Assembly (NCBI GenBank): GCA_963805815.1
Contig: CAWDWA010000010.1
Span: 65,700-129,699 of the forward strand
Length of the DNA stretch: 64,000 nt
Reading direction: 5' to 3'
From: an uncultured Verrucomicrobiae bacterium
GTDB taxonomy: Bacteria; Verrucomicrobiota; Verrucomicrobiia; Chthoniobacterales; Chthoniobacteraceae
This document shows, piece by piece, positions 10,385-21,235 of this stretch. The position numbers were made by a program, and so were the translations under genes. A model generated the notes under the pieces. That model did not search any database, was not told where the DNA came from, and worked only from the letters and a program-made list of their open reading frames with translations. How positions within the stretch are numbered: position 1 is the stretch's first letter; each line of letters opens with the position of its first letter.

Positions 10385-11335
10385 ATGTATACTACTAAAA
10401 ACAACGAGCGAATTCTCCCGCAGTCGCACCGTGTGCTTATCACGGGAGCCAGCGGTTTTATCGGCTCGCACCTGTGCGGTGAACTGCTGAGAAGGGGGCA
10501 CGAAGTCCACGCCGTTTCTCGTTCGCGCCCCGTCGTTTTTGGTGAGCGGCTGATTTGGCATCCCGTTGACCTAACCGACGAGAGAAGCACACGAAAGACG
10601 ATCGCGGGCATCGGCGCTGATTTGATATTCCATCTCTGCTCGCATGCGCAGGGTGAAAGAGAACTTCCATTTGTGCTGCCAACCTTTCGAAACGAGGTCC
10701 AAACTACAATTAATGTTCTGACCAGTGCTGTGGAAACTGGATGCAACCGACTAGTCATGGCGGGTTCACTAGAGGAACCGGCGCCCGGTGAAGTTCCAGC
10801 ATCTCCCTACGCAGCGGCGAAAGCCTCAAGCCGACAATACGCTAGCATGTTTCATCGTCTTTACGGACTGCCCGTTGTTCAGACCCGAATCTTTATGACC
10901 TACGGGCCGGGTCAGTCGCAAAAAAAGCTGATAATGCACTGTATCAAGACGTTGAGACAGGGAGGAAGGCTGGCGATCGCCAGTCCCAACCGAAAAGTCG
11001 ACTGGATTTACGTGGATGATGTCGTTTGCGGGCTCCTCGCGGTGGCCACCACACCTGGATTGGAAGGAAAATCTGTTGACCTTGGATCGGGAGAAGTGGT
11101 GACTATTCGCGATCTGGTGATCAATTTAAGGCAGTTGATCAACCCGAATGCCGTCGTGGAATTCGGAAGCAGCCCGTGGAACGACGTTGAGATGGTGAGG
11201 CGAGCGGATGCTACTACTACGAGGACCCTGACGGGATGGCGTTGCATCGTCCCGCTCGGAGAGGGGCTGGCCCGGACCGTAGCCCATTTCTCAGACGAAG
11301 CGGTGCCGAACTCGTCCACGTCAGCAGCTGATTAA
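10385..11335 (+). CDS. NAD-dependent epimerase/dehydratase (SDR superfamily)
   Basis: 316 aa. VLITGASGFIGSHLCGELLRRGHEV Rossmann motif and YAAAKAS (YxxxK). Confidence 0.75.
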   Translation: MYTTKNNERILPQSHRVLITGASGFIGSHLCGELLRRGHEVHAVSRSRPVVFGERLIWHPVDLTDERSTRKTIAGIGADLIFHLCSHAQGERELPFVLPTFRNEVQTTINVLTSAVETGCNRLVMAGSLEEPAPGEVPASPYAAAKASSRQYASMFHRLYGLPVVQTRIFMTYGPGQSQKKLIMHCIKTLRQGGRLAIASPNRKVDWIYVDDVVCGLLAVATTPGLEGKSVDLGSGEVVTIRDLVINLRQLINPNAVVEFGSSPWNDVEMVRRADATTTRTLTGWRCIVPLGEGLARTVAHFSDEAVPNSSTSAAD

Positions 11336-11344
11336 GCCAAAGCA

Positions 11345-11815
11345 GTGAAAAGCCGAAACGGTATCAGACGGGCGAACCACAAGGACTGCAAGGAATTGCG
11401 CCATGGAGGAGCGAAGACCTTAGCGACGGATTCTGGGCCCTGCGGGGCAAACAGTGGACGCACAGCGACGACCAGCTCACTCGGCGGCGGCAACTCTGAG
11501 CCCAATATTCTAAGCTGGGCCGAGCGATGATGCTGCGGGAAACGCTCCAGGACACCCCGGAATACGAAGACCCGGCAGCTGCCGGACTCGCTACGCTGGT
11601 GGTGCCCGTGGGCAAAATGAGCCCGCTGGAACCGCTTCGTCCGGCAGCTGCAGTATTGCCTCAAGCATCCGCGAACACGGGGAGGGAATCGTGGCATTCC
11701 TGCAAAAACGCGTCTGTCCAACGGCGCCCCCGAAGCGGTCAACAGAATGCTCCAAATGTCCAAGCGCATGGCTCGTGACTGCCTGCTCGTGACGAATCTA
11801 GAAGCCGGCAAACTT
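11345..11815 (+). mobile_element. Degenerate transposase 3' remnant (ISL3/IS1595-like C-terminal motif), multiply frameshifted
   Basis: RLSNGAPEAVNRMLQMSKRMARDCLLVTNLEAGKLHL resembles the conserved xNxxIKxxKRxAxGxR C-terminal tail of several DDE transposases. No intact ORF. Confidence 0.3.
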
Positions 11816-11872
11816 CACCTTAAACTTCCGTCTGCATAAACTTGGTCCACTCTACGTAACGAGGAGCTCTTT

Positions 11873-12865
11873 TTGGCAATTATGAAACTATTTACAATTG
11901 ACGAGCTGCCAGCACCACCGATGGATAAACGGGGTTGGCCTTGGACAGAAATGCAATCTCCGGGTTCGGCGGTGATAGAGGAAAACCTGAATTGGCCCCG
12001 TATCAGTATTGTGACGCCGAGCTTTAATCAGGGACCGTATATTGAGGAAACGATCCGGTCCGTACTGTTGCAAGGGTATCCAAACCTGGAATACTTTATC
12101 ATTGATGGGGGCAGCTCGGACGAGACCATCGAGATTATCCGGAAATATGAGCGCTGGTTGACGGGGTGGGTGAGTGAGAGGGACGGTGGGCAGTCGGAGG
12201 CGATTAATAAAGGCTTCGCGCTTTGCAATGGAGATGTAGTGAATTGGCTTTGTAGTGACGACCTATTTGCTTCAGGCGCGTTGCGCGCAGTAGGATTGGC
12301 CATGATGGAGCAACCGGAGTGCGACGTGGTTGTAGGGAACTGCTACTGCAAGTTTGAGGGTGAACCAGAGAAAGATGGTGTAAGGCTCTCGTCGATTTCG
12401 CAAATTCAAAAAGCCCCTTATTTGTTCGGTGTATGGCAACCTAGCTGCTTTTTTAGGCGAGAGATGGTTGGAAGACCTGACGTTGTAAGAAATGACATGC
12501 ACTACTGTATGGATCGTGAACTCTGGTGTCACCTGCGCGACCGTGGGGCACGGTGGAAAGCTTTGGACCAGGTGTTGAGTGTCAACCGCTTTACAGGTGA
12601 CAACAAATCGCGCACCGGTAGGCGAAGGATTAACGAGGAGATACACGAAATGTATCGCGGCTATGAAAAGGAAAGGATTCCCCTCACATTTTGGCTGCGT
12701 CGCGTGTGGATGCCGTTGGCGGTTGCCGACAAGAGGGGGGCGCAGCGCCTATGGGGTGGATTCGCACGCTTGTTGTCTCGTGCAGTGACACTCGCACTTC
12801 GGGTAGCATACGATAGGGAGAGGGTGCGCGGCCTCCAAAGTGAGTTCTATCGCTATGGTATATAG
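11873..12865 (+). CDS. Glycosyltransferase family 2
   Basis: 330 aa. ISIVTPSFNQGPYIEETIRSVLLQGYPNLEYFIIDGGSSDET is the GT2 N-terminal fold with a DxD-like DGGSSDE. Confidence 0.8.
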   Translation: MAIMKLFTIDELPAPPMDKRGWPWTEMQSPGSAVIEENLNWPRISIVTPSFNQGPYIEETIRSVLLQGYPNLEYFIIDGGSSDETIEIIRKYERWLTGWVSERDGGQSEAINKGFALCNGDVVNWLCSDDLFASGALRAVGLAMMEQPECDVVVGNCYCKFEGEPEKDGVRLSSISQIQKAPYLFGVWQPSCFFRREMVGRPDVVRNDMHYCMDRELWCHLRDRGARWKALDQVLSVNRFTGDNKSRTGRRRINEEIHEMYRGYEKERIPLTFWLRRVWMPLAVADKRGAQRLWGGFARLLSRAVTLALRVAYDRERVRGLQSEFYRYGI

Positions 12866-12886
12866 CGCCTTCAGGGGTGAGAACGA

Positions 12887-14074
12887 TTGTTGTCTATGAA
12901 GCGATTTCATTTCGTGAGTCTATTGCGCCGATCTCCATGGGGTGGAAGTGAGGAGTTATGGTCGCGGACGGCGCTCTGGCTGTTGAGACATGGTGAATGC
13001 GTGTCGGGTTCGGTAAGGTGGTGGCCGGAAGAGATTCGTAAGACTCAGATCACGGAATTACAAAGAAGCGGCGCAGATTTGTTTTTTTATGGGGCGCCCG
13101 GCAGTTTTTTTCGGAATTGGTTGGCGGAAGGAATTAATCGAATCTCCAGGAAGTGTGCGAAAGGCAAGCTCGTCAAGCCAATGGGCTACCGCGTGAAAAC
13201 GTCGGATCTTGTAGTATTTTCCAGTGGCGGAAATATATTTCCAGTAGATCCGGTGCGATTCTGCAGGCGGCGAAAACAAAAATACGCTTTGATCATTCAA
13301 AGCGTTAGTGAAAGTGTGTGGCCGCGCGACGACAAACTCGATGATTTACGGTACGTATACGAAGGAGCGGAGGCGGCGTTCTTCGTAAGCCGGGCGAACC
13401 GAACCAGCACGATCTACCAGCTCGGATTTGAAGCTAAGAATTTTGAAGTCGTCTCGAATCCATGCAATGTTTCTTTTGAAACACCGTTCGAATGGCCGCG
13501 CTTGAACGGACATCATGAATGGGCATTTGTCGGCCGACTTGAGCCGGGGCATAAAGGGATTGATTTGTTGTTGAGGGCATTCGCTCGTGAACATTGGAAA
13601 GACCGTGCGGTGCATCTTAATATTTATGGCAATGGGTTCTCTGAACGATCGATGAAGCGAATGGCAGAGATGCTGGATCTTTCAAGCCGTGTTACATTCC
13701 ACGGGCAGATCTCCGGTTCCGAACGCATTTGGCGAGGGAACGAGCTGTTGGTTCTGCCGTCGCGCCATGAAGGCCTGCCACTGGCGGTAACGGAGGCAAT
13801 GTTATGTGGGCGGCCTTGTGTGGTCACGGATGTTTCAGGCAATCGGGAGCATTTTGAGGATGGCATTTCGGGTTTTCTGGCTGGTGGACCTACGGTTGAC
13901 GAAGTGGACCGGGCGTTAAATCGCGCATGGGAGAACCGTGACGAATTAGGAAAAATGGGACGGGCGGCATATTCGAGCATCAGAGATACGATCCCTCGCG
14001 ATCCTGTGGGAGTATTTTCGGAGCGACTCCTTCAGCTGGTCGAAGGAAAGGAGACAGTAGAGGTTCATAGGTGA
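12887..14074 (+). CDS. Glycosyltransferase family 1 (GT4)
   Basis: 395 aa. C-terminal EGLPLAVTEAMLCGRPCVVTDVSGNREHFEDGISGFL is the GT1 EX7E region. Confidence 0.75.
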   Translation: MLSMKRFHFVSLLRRSPWGGSEELWSRTALWLLRHGECVSGSVRWWPEEIRKTQITELQRSGADLFFYGAPGSFFRNWLAEGINRISRKCAKGKLVKPMGYRVKTSDLVVFSSGGNIFPVDPVRFCRRRKQKYALIIQSVSESVWPRDDKLDDLRYVYEGAEAAFFVSRANRTSTIYQLGFEAKNFEVVSNPCNVSFETPFEWPRLNGHHEWAFVGRLEPGHKGIDLLLRAFAREHWKDRAVHLNIYGNGFSERSMKRMAEMLDLSSRVTFHGQISGSERIWRGNELLVLPSRHEGLPLAVTEAMLCGRPCVVTDVSGNREHFEDGISGFLAGGPTVDEVDRALNRAWENRDELGKMGRAAYSSIRDTIPRDPVGVFSERLLQLVEGKETVEVHR

Positions 14075-14344
14075 GGTAGTTCTATTTAAGCTGTTTGTTC
14101 ATGGACCTTGGAGGAGCTTGGAATGGAAGCGTAACGAGTCGGCCCGAATGAAGGATATTGAGAAGATCGGTGCGTGGCGCTCGGGAACTCCGTGAGCTCT
14201 GTTATCGATAGGCTATGCTAAACGCGTCTATTATAGACTTTCAGTGCTAAGGAGATTTACATCTATCATTGCACCTCCCTGCAGATTCCTTTTATATTAA
14301 GTAATGCGCTTGCGATTGCGCTCGGATCTCGGGAATCGATGAAA

Positions 14345-14480
14345 GGCAGAGTCGTTAGCTTCCGGCAAAGCCGGAGGCTTGAAGAAAGGAACCGCTCAAA
14401 GCGGGTTGTAATTTGAGCCGGCTAAAGCCGGGCTTCGCCACCGAATATCTCTTGTTGATCGGAGCGCCTATCTGCTGTTC
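14345..14480 (-). repeat. Solo IS200/IS605-type right-end sequence (hairpin-rich), inverted copy of 34745-34866
   Basis: Reverse complement matches the sequence downstream of tnpA copy 2, around 34745-34866, with few mismatches. No transposase attached. Confidence 0.6.
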
Positions 14481-14511
14481 CTGCTCTTGGATGTAACGGC
14501 GAGTCACCGGT

Positions 14512-16025
14512 TCATACTTGCCGACAAGTCGAGACCAGATAGTCCTTTCGACCAACGGTGTTGAAAGATAGGCTTAGACAGAGGCGTAGGAATGGCGGAG
14601 GGCTTCGATAAGAACGTGCCAGGGAGCCTCGCGTCGCAGGCAGGATCAGCAACCAGCGCAGGAACTTTACGGTGTGCTGGGTGAGGCGTACAGCCGCAAC
14701 GCGCAAGGAAGGGAAACCGCGGTTGTTTTCCCTGGCGGTCTGTTCGTGGGCTGCGATCTGGTTTCGGCGGCGACGCAGTTCGCGTTCGGGACGGATGTCG
14801 TGGTGGGTTTCCAGTAAATGTTCCAGTGCCCTCAGAAGCTGATGGGTGATGCAAATGAAGATGGCTTGCATGGTCTTCGCGGTGGGAGTGGTCGCCCACG
14901 CTTTGGTTTCAGCCATCTTGTTTTTGAGTTGATCGAAGACTTTTTCAATCGCCCAGCGCCTGCGGGCCAACTCGGCGATCACCCCGGAGGCAGGGTCATT
15001 TCATTGGTGACAAAGACATAGTGGACACCGCTTACCGCATCGACAAAGCAGACCCGGCGCACACGCGCTCCGGAGGCGCTCAGAGCGATCTCATCACTGA
15101 GCACGCCCGTCCGGCGGCTGCCGGACGCGGGTCGTCGCGATCCCAGAGTTGGCAACGAACCGGTTTGAGAGCCATGTTGTCCTTTTCCCGGGTGAGGAAG
15201 TAGACGCCCCCGCGCTTCCATCGCTCCCAGGCCGCGAAGTCGATACCGGCGCGGTCCCAGACGTAGAGCACCTTGCGGCCCTTGCCGGCACCCTGGCGCA
15301 ACGCTTCGAGACTTTGCGGCTTTAAGGGCGCGCATATCGTGCTCGTGCTCCCGGTTGATCTGATCGGCTACGCAAATGTGCCGCAGCAGATTGTAGCGCA
15401 TGTCCAAAGCATAGAAGTGTCCGCACGCCAGCTTGGAGCTATCGGGAAAAGGGCGCTTGTCGTGCGCAGCCGCTTTGTGCCAGTGACCGTCTCCGGCATA
15501 GACATCGAAGTCCCCGAGTTCCTCCACTCCGGCCAGAGCATCGGGCAGCGAGATCTTCAGGCTGGCGCCCAGCGGAGCATCGGCCTCCTGGCAGACAGCG
15601 AGCCGGCGTTCGCTGCGCAGTGTGGCAAAGAAGTGGCAAACATCCGGGCATTGGGGCAGCGTCACTGCCACCTCCTGCAGAAATCCGCGCCCGCTCCTGA
15701 CTTCATGCAGCACTCGCAGTGTGCCCAGGGCCAGCCAGTCCGCATCGGAGAGCTCCGGACATTCGCGCGTTTGGGTCAACTGCGGAATAATCGCCGCCAA
15801 GGGTTCGAAGAAGCGGGCGCCAACCGGCGCATCTCCCCCGGAGATGCTATCAAACACGGGCCCGCATGCAGTGGACAAAGACGAGAGAATGCTAAAATTG
15901 GTAGGCATGAAAATTTTCGCCCACCCTTCCCGCCATATGTCAAGCGTAATGCGCGTAAGAGCCTCATATTTCGCTTCTTCCGCCTTGGCAATCATTTTCG
16001 ACCCCGCAAATCTCCGCCCCGTCAA
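14512..16025 (-). pseudogene. IS4-like (DDE_Tnp_1 superfamily) transposase, broken into at least 3 frames
   Basis: C-terminal RRRWAIEKVFDQLKNKM is the IS4-family YxxRWxIExxFxxLK signature. Upstream ORFs 14979..16025 and 15080..15301 continue it in other frames. Confidence 0.6.
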
Positions 16026-16117
16026 ACCGATCCTAAAGCCATCCCCCCACTACCTAATACCCCTTTTCTAATGAAAACCTTTAACACCGTTGCCTTTCGG
16101 CTAATGATGACGAGCCA

Positions 16118-17107
16118 ATGAAAAGCGATTTCGCAGACAAGTTGATCACCGTAATCGTTCCGGCATTCAATGTTGGAAATTATATCGGCCGGTGTTTGCG
16201 ATCAATACTGCAGCAAACGCATAGGAATCTTGAGATAATAATAGTCAATGACTGCTCCACGGACGACACAGCAGAAATCATCAATCAAATAGCGGAAACA
16301 GATAAGCGCATTAAACCTGTTCATCTTACGCAGAATGTTGGATTGCACGCGGCCCGTGTCGCAGGATTCCACGAGGCGCAAGGTGAGTTCGTCGCGTTTG
16401 TAGATGGTGATGATTGGATCGGGCCAAAAATGTACTCCCGAATGATCAAGGCAGCGGTCACCGCCGCTGCTGATATTGTGCTTTGCTGTGCGATGATTGC
16501 TCGTTCACAAAACATAGTGCTCGGGCCAAAAGTAGACTTCTTGAGAGGACGCACGATCAGACAGGATGTGCTTTCGCGCTTCTGTCGCTTGGAATTAGGG
16601 TCGGGAGTGATATGGAACAGGTTATTTCGCATGGACATTATTCGCCACAGTTTAGTGCGGGTTCTAGAGAGGGAGGTTGATTCAGGAGCTGACTACATTG
16701 TCAATTTCGGCTGTTTCGCGCGGGCCTCTTGTGTAGTCATTCTGCCTGAATTTCATTACTTCTATTTCATGCGGGAAGCCAGCATGTCCCGCTCAGGAAA
16801 TGCAGCGGAAAAATTCGCCCTAGTCCTGCGCTGTTACGTTGCATGCCTCGAAACCTATGCGAAAAAGGGACAGGAATATATTTCTTCAATCGATACGCTA
16901 TACTCGCGACAACTGAAGATGCCGGTTTACCGCGTGAAGGATTCCTCTGATTTTGAACCATTTGCGGAAGATATTGCTGAAAGCTTGCGGCGGCTGGCAA
17001 GAATCCATCCGGGAGGTGTGCATGCATTGATTCATGCATTCGACACACAGAAATTGGGGATTGTAAGCTCGCCTCGTCGGGTTCTCCGACGGTGGGTGTT
17101 GCCATAG
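16118..17107 (+). CDS. Glycosyltransferase family 2
   Basis: 329 aa. ITVIVPAFNVGNYIGRCLRSILQQTHRNLEIIIVNDCSTDDT and a DGDD DxD motif. Confidence 0.8.
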   Translation: MKSDFADKLITVIVPAFNVGNYIGRCLRSILQQTHRNLEIIIVNDCSTDDTAEIINQIAETDKRIKPVHLTQNVGLHAARVAGFHEAQGEFVAFVDGDDWIGPKMYSRMIKAAVTAAADIVLCCAMIARSQNIVLGPKVDFLRGRTIRQDVLSRFCRLELGSGVIWNRLFRMDIIRHSLVRVLEREVDSGADYIVNFGCFARASCVVILPEFHYFYFMREASMSRSGNAAEKFALVLRCYVACLETYAKKGQEYISSIDTLYSRQLKMPVYRVKDSSDFEPFAEDIAESLRRLARIHPGGVHALIHAFDTQKLGIVSSPRRVLRRWVLP

Positions 17108-17261
17108 ATTAAGTATCTGCGAGCATTAATGGAGGTTTTTGGCAAGTTCGTAAGGTGTCTATAATGTTGAAGGTTGAGATTATCGGAGTTTTTTTTGATT
17201 AATTCTCAAGTGGGTCTGATACCGCGAAGCTTTGCTTCGTCCAATAATCATATTTCTGTTG

Positions 17262-17561
17262 TTATACTGCCGCGCATCAAGAATTGGAATTTCTGAAGAA
17301 CTGGAAATTTAGAGTCATTAGCGATTCCAGTTCACCTTTGGAATCGCTGGTGAGATTGCAAAGGCAGTTATCAATCGCAGTGCGAAAGGCGGCGAAGTCC
17401 TCGTAATACTTGTTTGTCAGACAACGTTTCTTCACCAGCTTCCACAGCCTCTCAATCAAATTAAGGTTGGGGCTATAGGCTGGCAGAAACAAGAGTTCAA
17501 TGTTGAGAGTTGCGGCTCTTTCCATTACCTCGCGGCAGTGCTGGTATCGCGCATTGTCCAT
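17262..17561 (-). mobile_element. IS630-family fragment: right inverted repeat plus C-terminal DDE part of the transposase
   Basis: ORF 17277..17561 has DNARYQHCREVMERAATLNIELLFLPAYSPNLNLIERLWKLVKKR, an IS630/Tc1-mariner DDE C-terminus. The terminal 21-mer tatactgccgcgcatcaagaa recurs at 18326. Confidence 0.7.
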
Positions 17562-17675
17562 GACCAGGCTTACTGTCGCGGAGGCGCGAAAGCGGTGCTT
17601 CCAGAGTAGCCGTTCACGGGGTAGTTTGAAAATGGTGAAGAAAAAGCTGGAGTCTCGATTTCGCTGGGTTTACGA

Positions 17676-18285
17676 GTGGGGGCGATGGACAAGGAGATCA
17701 TCGTTCGCGGACGCAGGATTGGAGCGGCGGAAGTCGCGTTCATCCGGGGGCTGATTTCGAGAGTGGGGGCTCAGGGGCGTACGCATGTCTCGAGGGTTCT
17801 GTGCCGGCGGTGGGAGTGGCGTCAGGCCAACGGGAGCTACCGGGAGATTGCCTGCCGGGACTTGTTGCGGCAGCTCGATCGCAAGGGTCTGATCGTGCTG
17901 CCGGCGATGCGCAAGCCGGCGCGGCGGCCCGGATGTACCAACACCGTGGCGCCCCTGCCGCCGATGGACACCGCGAATCTGGAAGCACCGCTTTCGCGCC
18001 TCCGCCCGCAGGTCCGTGTCGAGCTGGTCAAAGGCAACGCAGGGGAGCGGCTCCACAACAGTTTGGTGGCCCGCTATCACTATCTGGGATACCGTCAACC
18101 CACAGGGGCCGCGCTCAAGTATCTTTGCTATTGCGGCGAGCGCGTTGTCGCCGCCCTGGGCTTCGGTCCGGCGGCATGGAAGGTGGCCTGCCGGGACGCT
18201 TTTATCGGCTGGGAACCCGCCGTCCGTGAAGCCAATCTGCCCGGAGTCGTCAACAACGACCGCTTTGTGATTCTGCCCCGCAGGT
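17676..18285 (+). pseudogene. DUF4338-like orf1 of IS66-like element copy 1, N-terminal 203 codons
   Basis: Matches copy 2 (42801..43734) up to VVNNDRFVILP, then is replaced by unrelated sequence and the IS630 end. Confidence 0.6.
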
Positions 18286-18325
18286 CCGCGTCGAGCTGGT
18301 CAAAGGCAACGGAGGGGAGCGGCTC

Positions 18326-18688
18326 TATATACTGCCGCGCATCAAGAACTGAAAAAAGGAAGGGCGGGATAGATAGGTTTTGTTTGTTGGTATGGCATTG
18401 GTTATAAGAGAGGAATGATTAAGCTAACACTGACTGATCAGCAATGTGATGATATTGCGGAAGCGCTCGACAATCCAGAGGTAGGTGACCGCCACAAAAA
18501 GAAGCTGCTTGTCATTACCATGCACCAGCAGGGAGCGCAGCATGGATTCATTGCAGACTGCCTGCGCATCAGTCCGACGACACTCATTGGCTACCTGAGG
18601 GAATATCAGGAAGGGGGACTGCCGGCGGTTCTCGAGGACCGCTACTACCGGCCGTCAAGTGCCCTGGAACCTTTCTGGCAATGCTTGA
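18326..18688 (+). mobile_element. IS630-family fragment: left inverted repeat plus N-terminal HTH part of transposase, fused in-frame to the DUF4338 C-terminus
   Basis: ORF 18415..18918 starts MIKLTLTDQQCDDIAEAL...LLVITMHQQGAQHGFIADCLRISPTTLIGYLREYQEGG (IS630 HTH N-terminus), then switches at about 18689 to DUF4338 sequence WVRVPHLASFLLGHCLRRL. Confidence 0.6.
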
Positions 18689-18914
18689 TCTGGGTTCGGG
18701 TGCCGCATCTGGCTTCCTTCCTTCTGGGGCATTGTCTGCGGCGGCTGCGGCGCGACTGGATGGCACACTATGCCACGCCTATCGTGCTGGCGGAGACGTT
18801 CGTCGAGCGTGAGCGTTTTGCAGGCACCTGCTACCGCGCGGCCAACTGGCGCCGGCTCGGAGAGATGGTTCTCCCCCAGAAAAGTGGACGCTTAGAGCGC
18901 AGTGGATTTGTAGG

Positions 18915-19793
18915 TTAGTTTAGTGATGGGTTAAGGTTTTTAAAGTAATTATTGAGGAAAGTTTTTGGACTGATATAGCCAATAGAGCTGTGTAGGCGTT
19001 TACGGTTGTAAAACGTCTCGAGATAGTCGAAGACAGCAGTGGAAGCGGAGGCTTTTGACTCGAAAACGCTGCGTTGATCAAAGAGTTTGCTCTTGATCGA
19101 GGCAAAGGCACTCTCGGCAAAGGCGTTATCATAGCAATATCCGCTAGCGCTCATACTTTGGCGCAGTCGGGCACGGGCGAGCTGGGTGCGAGTAACGCCG
19201 GCAGTATATTGACAACCGCGGTCAGAATGGAAAATGGCATCCGCTGTGATCAGGCCCGAAGCGAGGGCACGCCGCAGGGCGCTGGTGACCAGGCTGGCGT
19301 CCATTGAAGGGGCAAGTTTCCAGCCGAGGATGGATCGGGAGAAGAGGTCGAGAACGATAACGAGGTAGAGCCATCCTTCTTTGGTGGGGATATAGGTGAT
19401 GTCGCTAACGAGTTGGGTGCCCGGAGCGGTGGGCGGACCGGCCTGCGCCAACAGATTCGGTGAAGGGTGGGCGGCGTGATCTGGCCGGGTTGTCTTCGGT
19501 CGGAAAGGCCTGCGGGGCCTGGCACGGATCCCTTCGCGGCGCATGAGAGCGGCGACGCGGTTTTCCGAGCAGACATGACCATTGGCATGAAGTTCGTGTG
19601 TCACTCGCGGGCTGCCATAGGAGTGAGTGTGGCGGTGGTGGTGAATGAGGTTCATGGCATCGAGGAGCTTGCGGTTTTCTTCCTCGCGCCTGCTCACCGG
19701 GCGTATGGCAGCGGCGTGATAACCGCTCCTGGTGACCCCGAGAGCTTCGCAGAGTTCGGTAATGGAATAGTTTTCCCGCATCGCCTTGATCAT
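18915..19793 (-). CDS. IS3-family transposase OrfB (integrase core, DDE)
   Basis: 292 aa. WLYLVIVLDLFSRSILGWKL...HSDRGCQYTA...YNRKRLHSSIGYISP is the classic IS3 rve/integrase-core region. Confidence 0.85.
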   Translation of the reverse strand: MIKAMRENYSITELCEALGVTRSGYHAAAIRPVSRREEENRKLLDAMNLIHHHRHTHSYGSPRVTHELHANGHVCSENRVAALMRREGIRARPRRPFRPKTTRPDHAAHPSPNLLAQAGPPTAPGTQLVSDITYIPTKEGWLYLVIVLDLFSRSILGWKLAPSMDASLVTSALRRALASGLITADAIFHSDRGCQYTAGVTRTQLARARLRQSMSASGYCYDNAFAESAFASIKSKLFDQRSVFESKASASTAVFDYLETFYNRKRLHSSIGYISPKTFLNNYFKNLNPSLN

Positions 19794-20164
19794 CGCATAC
19801 CTCTCTGCGGGTCCTCCGAGAGTATGCTCATGGCTTTTTTTAGGATCTCTCTCTGGCGGCGCAGATATTCGTTCTCGCGCTGAAGCCGACGGATCTCTGC
19901 GGCCGGATCGGTAAGGGGCGCTCCGCTGCGGCCTTTCGACTCCGTCGAAGCGGCCTCCGCTGCACGCCCCTTACCGAGAGCCTTGTTCCGCCAGGCTCGC
20001 AGAGAGTGGGTCGAAATACCGAGATCATCGGCAACCTGTTTGAGCGGCCGCCCGCTGCTGAGCAGAAGATTGACAGCTTCCTGCCGGAATTCGTTGTCGT
20101 AGGGTGAATGGGATCGAGGCATGTCTGCAGTCCTTTCTGGATTGACTGCGCCCTCCCTGTCCAC
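19790..20164 (-). CDS. IS3-family transposase OrfA (HTH plus leucine zipper)
   Basis: 124 aa. YDNEFRQEAVNLLLSSGRPLKQVADDLGIS and a leucine-zipper-like C-terminus LQRENEYLRRQREILKKAMSIL. The stop overlaps the orfB start (ATGA). Confidence 0.85.
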   Translation of the reverse strand: MDREGAVNPERTADMPRSHSPYDNEFRQEAVNLLLSSGRPLKQVADDLGISTHSLRAWRNKALGKGRAAEAASTESKGRSGAPLTDPAAEIRRLQRENEYLRRQREILKKAMSILSEDPQRGMR

Positions 20165-20339
20165 GAAATCGGGGGAACTTTAAGACACGCGGACGCGGCC
20201 GTAACGACCGCACGCACCGCAACGCCGAACCGGTGCGCGATGTGCTGGTTTATCCGCTGTGTCGGCGCTTCCGGGAGCGCCTTTGCCAGAGCAAGGCGAT
20301 GCCGCGGAGCCGCGGCGATGGGGTGCCCGGAGCTCAGCC

Positions 20340-21235
20340 ATGATCGCCGGCGCTTTGCTTTGCGAGTCCTGCGCGCGGCTGCGCGAGGAGAACACGATCC
20401 TCGTCGCCAGCCAGGCGCAGTTGCGCGAAGAGCTGGCCGTGTCCCAGCGACGGATCGACTCGCTCGAAGCCCGGATCGCGGCACTGAGCAAGAACTCGCG
20501 AAACTCCTCCAAGCCTCCTTCCAGCGATATCGTCAAGCCCGGGCCCAGCGCTCGCAAGGAAGCCGGGCGCAAGATCGGCGGGCAGCCCGGCCACCGGCGC
20601 CACGAGCGAATTCTCTTCTGTGAGGAGGAACTCAGCGTAGCGCCTTTCGAGCACTATGCATCCACCTGTCCCTGTTGCGGAGGCGAAGGCATTCCAGAGC
20701 CCGAGTGGGAGCCGAAGGTTCTCCAGCACGTCGAGATCAGGGAGATCCCCCTCTACAAGGAGGAGCATCGCTATCATGCCTGCCGATGCGCCGGGTGCCA
20801 AAAAGTCTACTATGCGCAACCCTCTGCATTCCTGCAGAAAGCTGGCCTGTGTGGGCCGCAGCTCACCGCCCTCATTGCATACATGAAAAGCGCGCTCCAT
20901 GCCTCCTATTCCGCAATCCGGCGCTTCCTGCGCAACGTGGTTGGTCTGAAGTTCTCACGCGGTTATCTGGTGAAGCTCATTGCCAGGGTGAGCTGCGCCC
21001 TGCAGGATCCCTACGAGCAGCTCATGGCCGCGCTGGCAAACGAACCCGCCCTGCACGTCGACGAAACCGGGCACAAGGACAACGGCCAGCGGTTCTGGAC
21101 CTGGGTGTTCCGCGCCGAACTCTACGTGCTTTTCAAGATCGAGGACACCCGCAGCTCGCAGGTCCTTATCGACGTGCTGGGCGACGAGTTCAACGGTGTG
21201 CTGGGCTGTGACTTCTTCAGTGCCTACCGCCTTTA
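20340..21235 (+). pseudogene. IS66-family transposase TnpC, copy 1, truncated after about 300 codons
   Basis: Identical to copy 2 until SAYR, then diverges into IS1380-like sequence. Contains the NSRNSSKPPSSD and GGQPGHRRH IS66 TnpC motifs. Confidence 0.75.

Larger units (their letters stand above)
18869..20179 (-). mobile_element. IS3-family insertion sequence, copy 1 (about 1.31 kb), inserted into IS66-like copy 1 with a 3-bp TSD aga
   Basis: Ends tggttctccccc...gggggaacttta form imperfect IRs. Flanks cggagaga|IS|agacacgcgg reconstruct the uninterrupted copy-2 sequence cggagagacacgcgg. Confidence 0.8.
17609..21235 (+). mobile_element. IS66-like element copy 1 (DUF4338-like orf1 plus IS66 TnpC), interrupted by an IS630 left-half and by an IS3 element, and 3'-truncated at 21235
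   Basis: Left IR gtagccgttcacggggtag at 17609. Segments 17609-18285, 18690-18868 and 20180-21235 are collinear with copy 2 (42729-45256). Confidence 0.65.

Noticed and set aside
11332-11811. 159-aa minus-strand ORF in the epimerase-GT2 gap
   Set aside because: Cys/Arg-rich shadow frame. The region is better explained as a decayed plus-strand transposase 3' remnant.
15273-16121. 282-aa plus-strand ORF
   Set aside because: Antisense to the IS4-like transposase remnant. No motifs.
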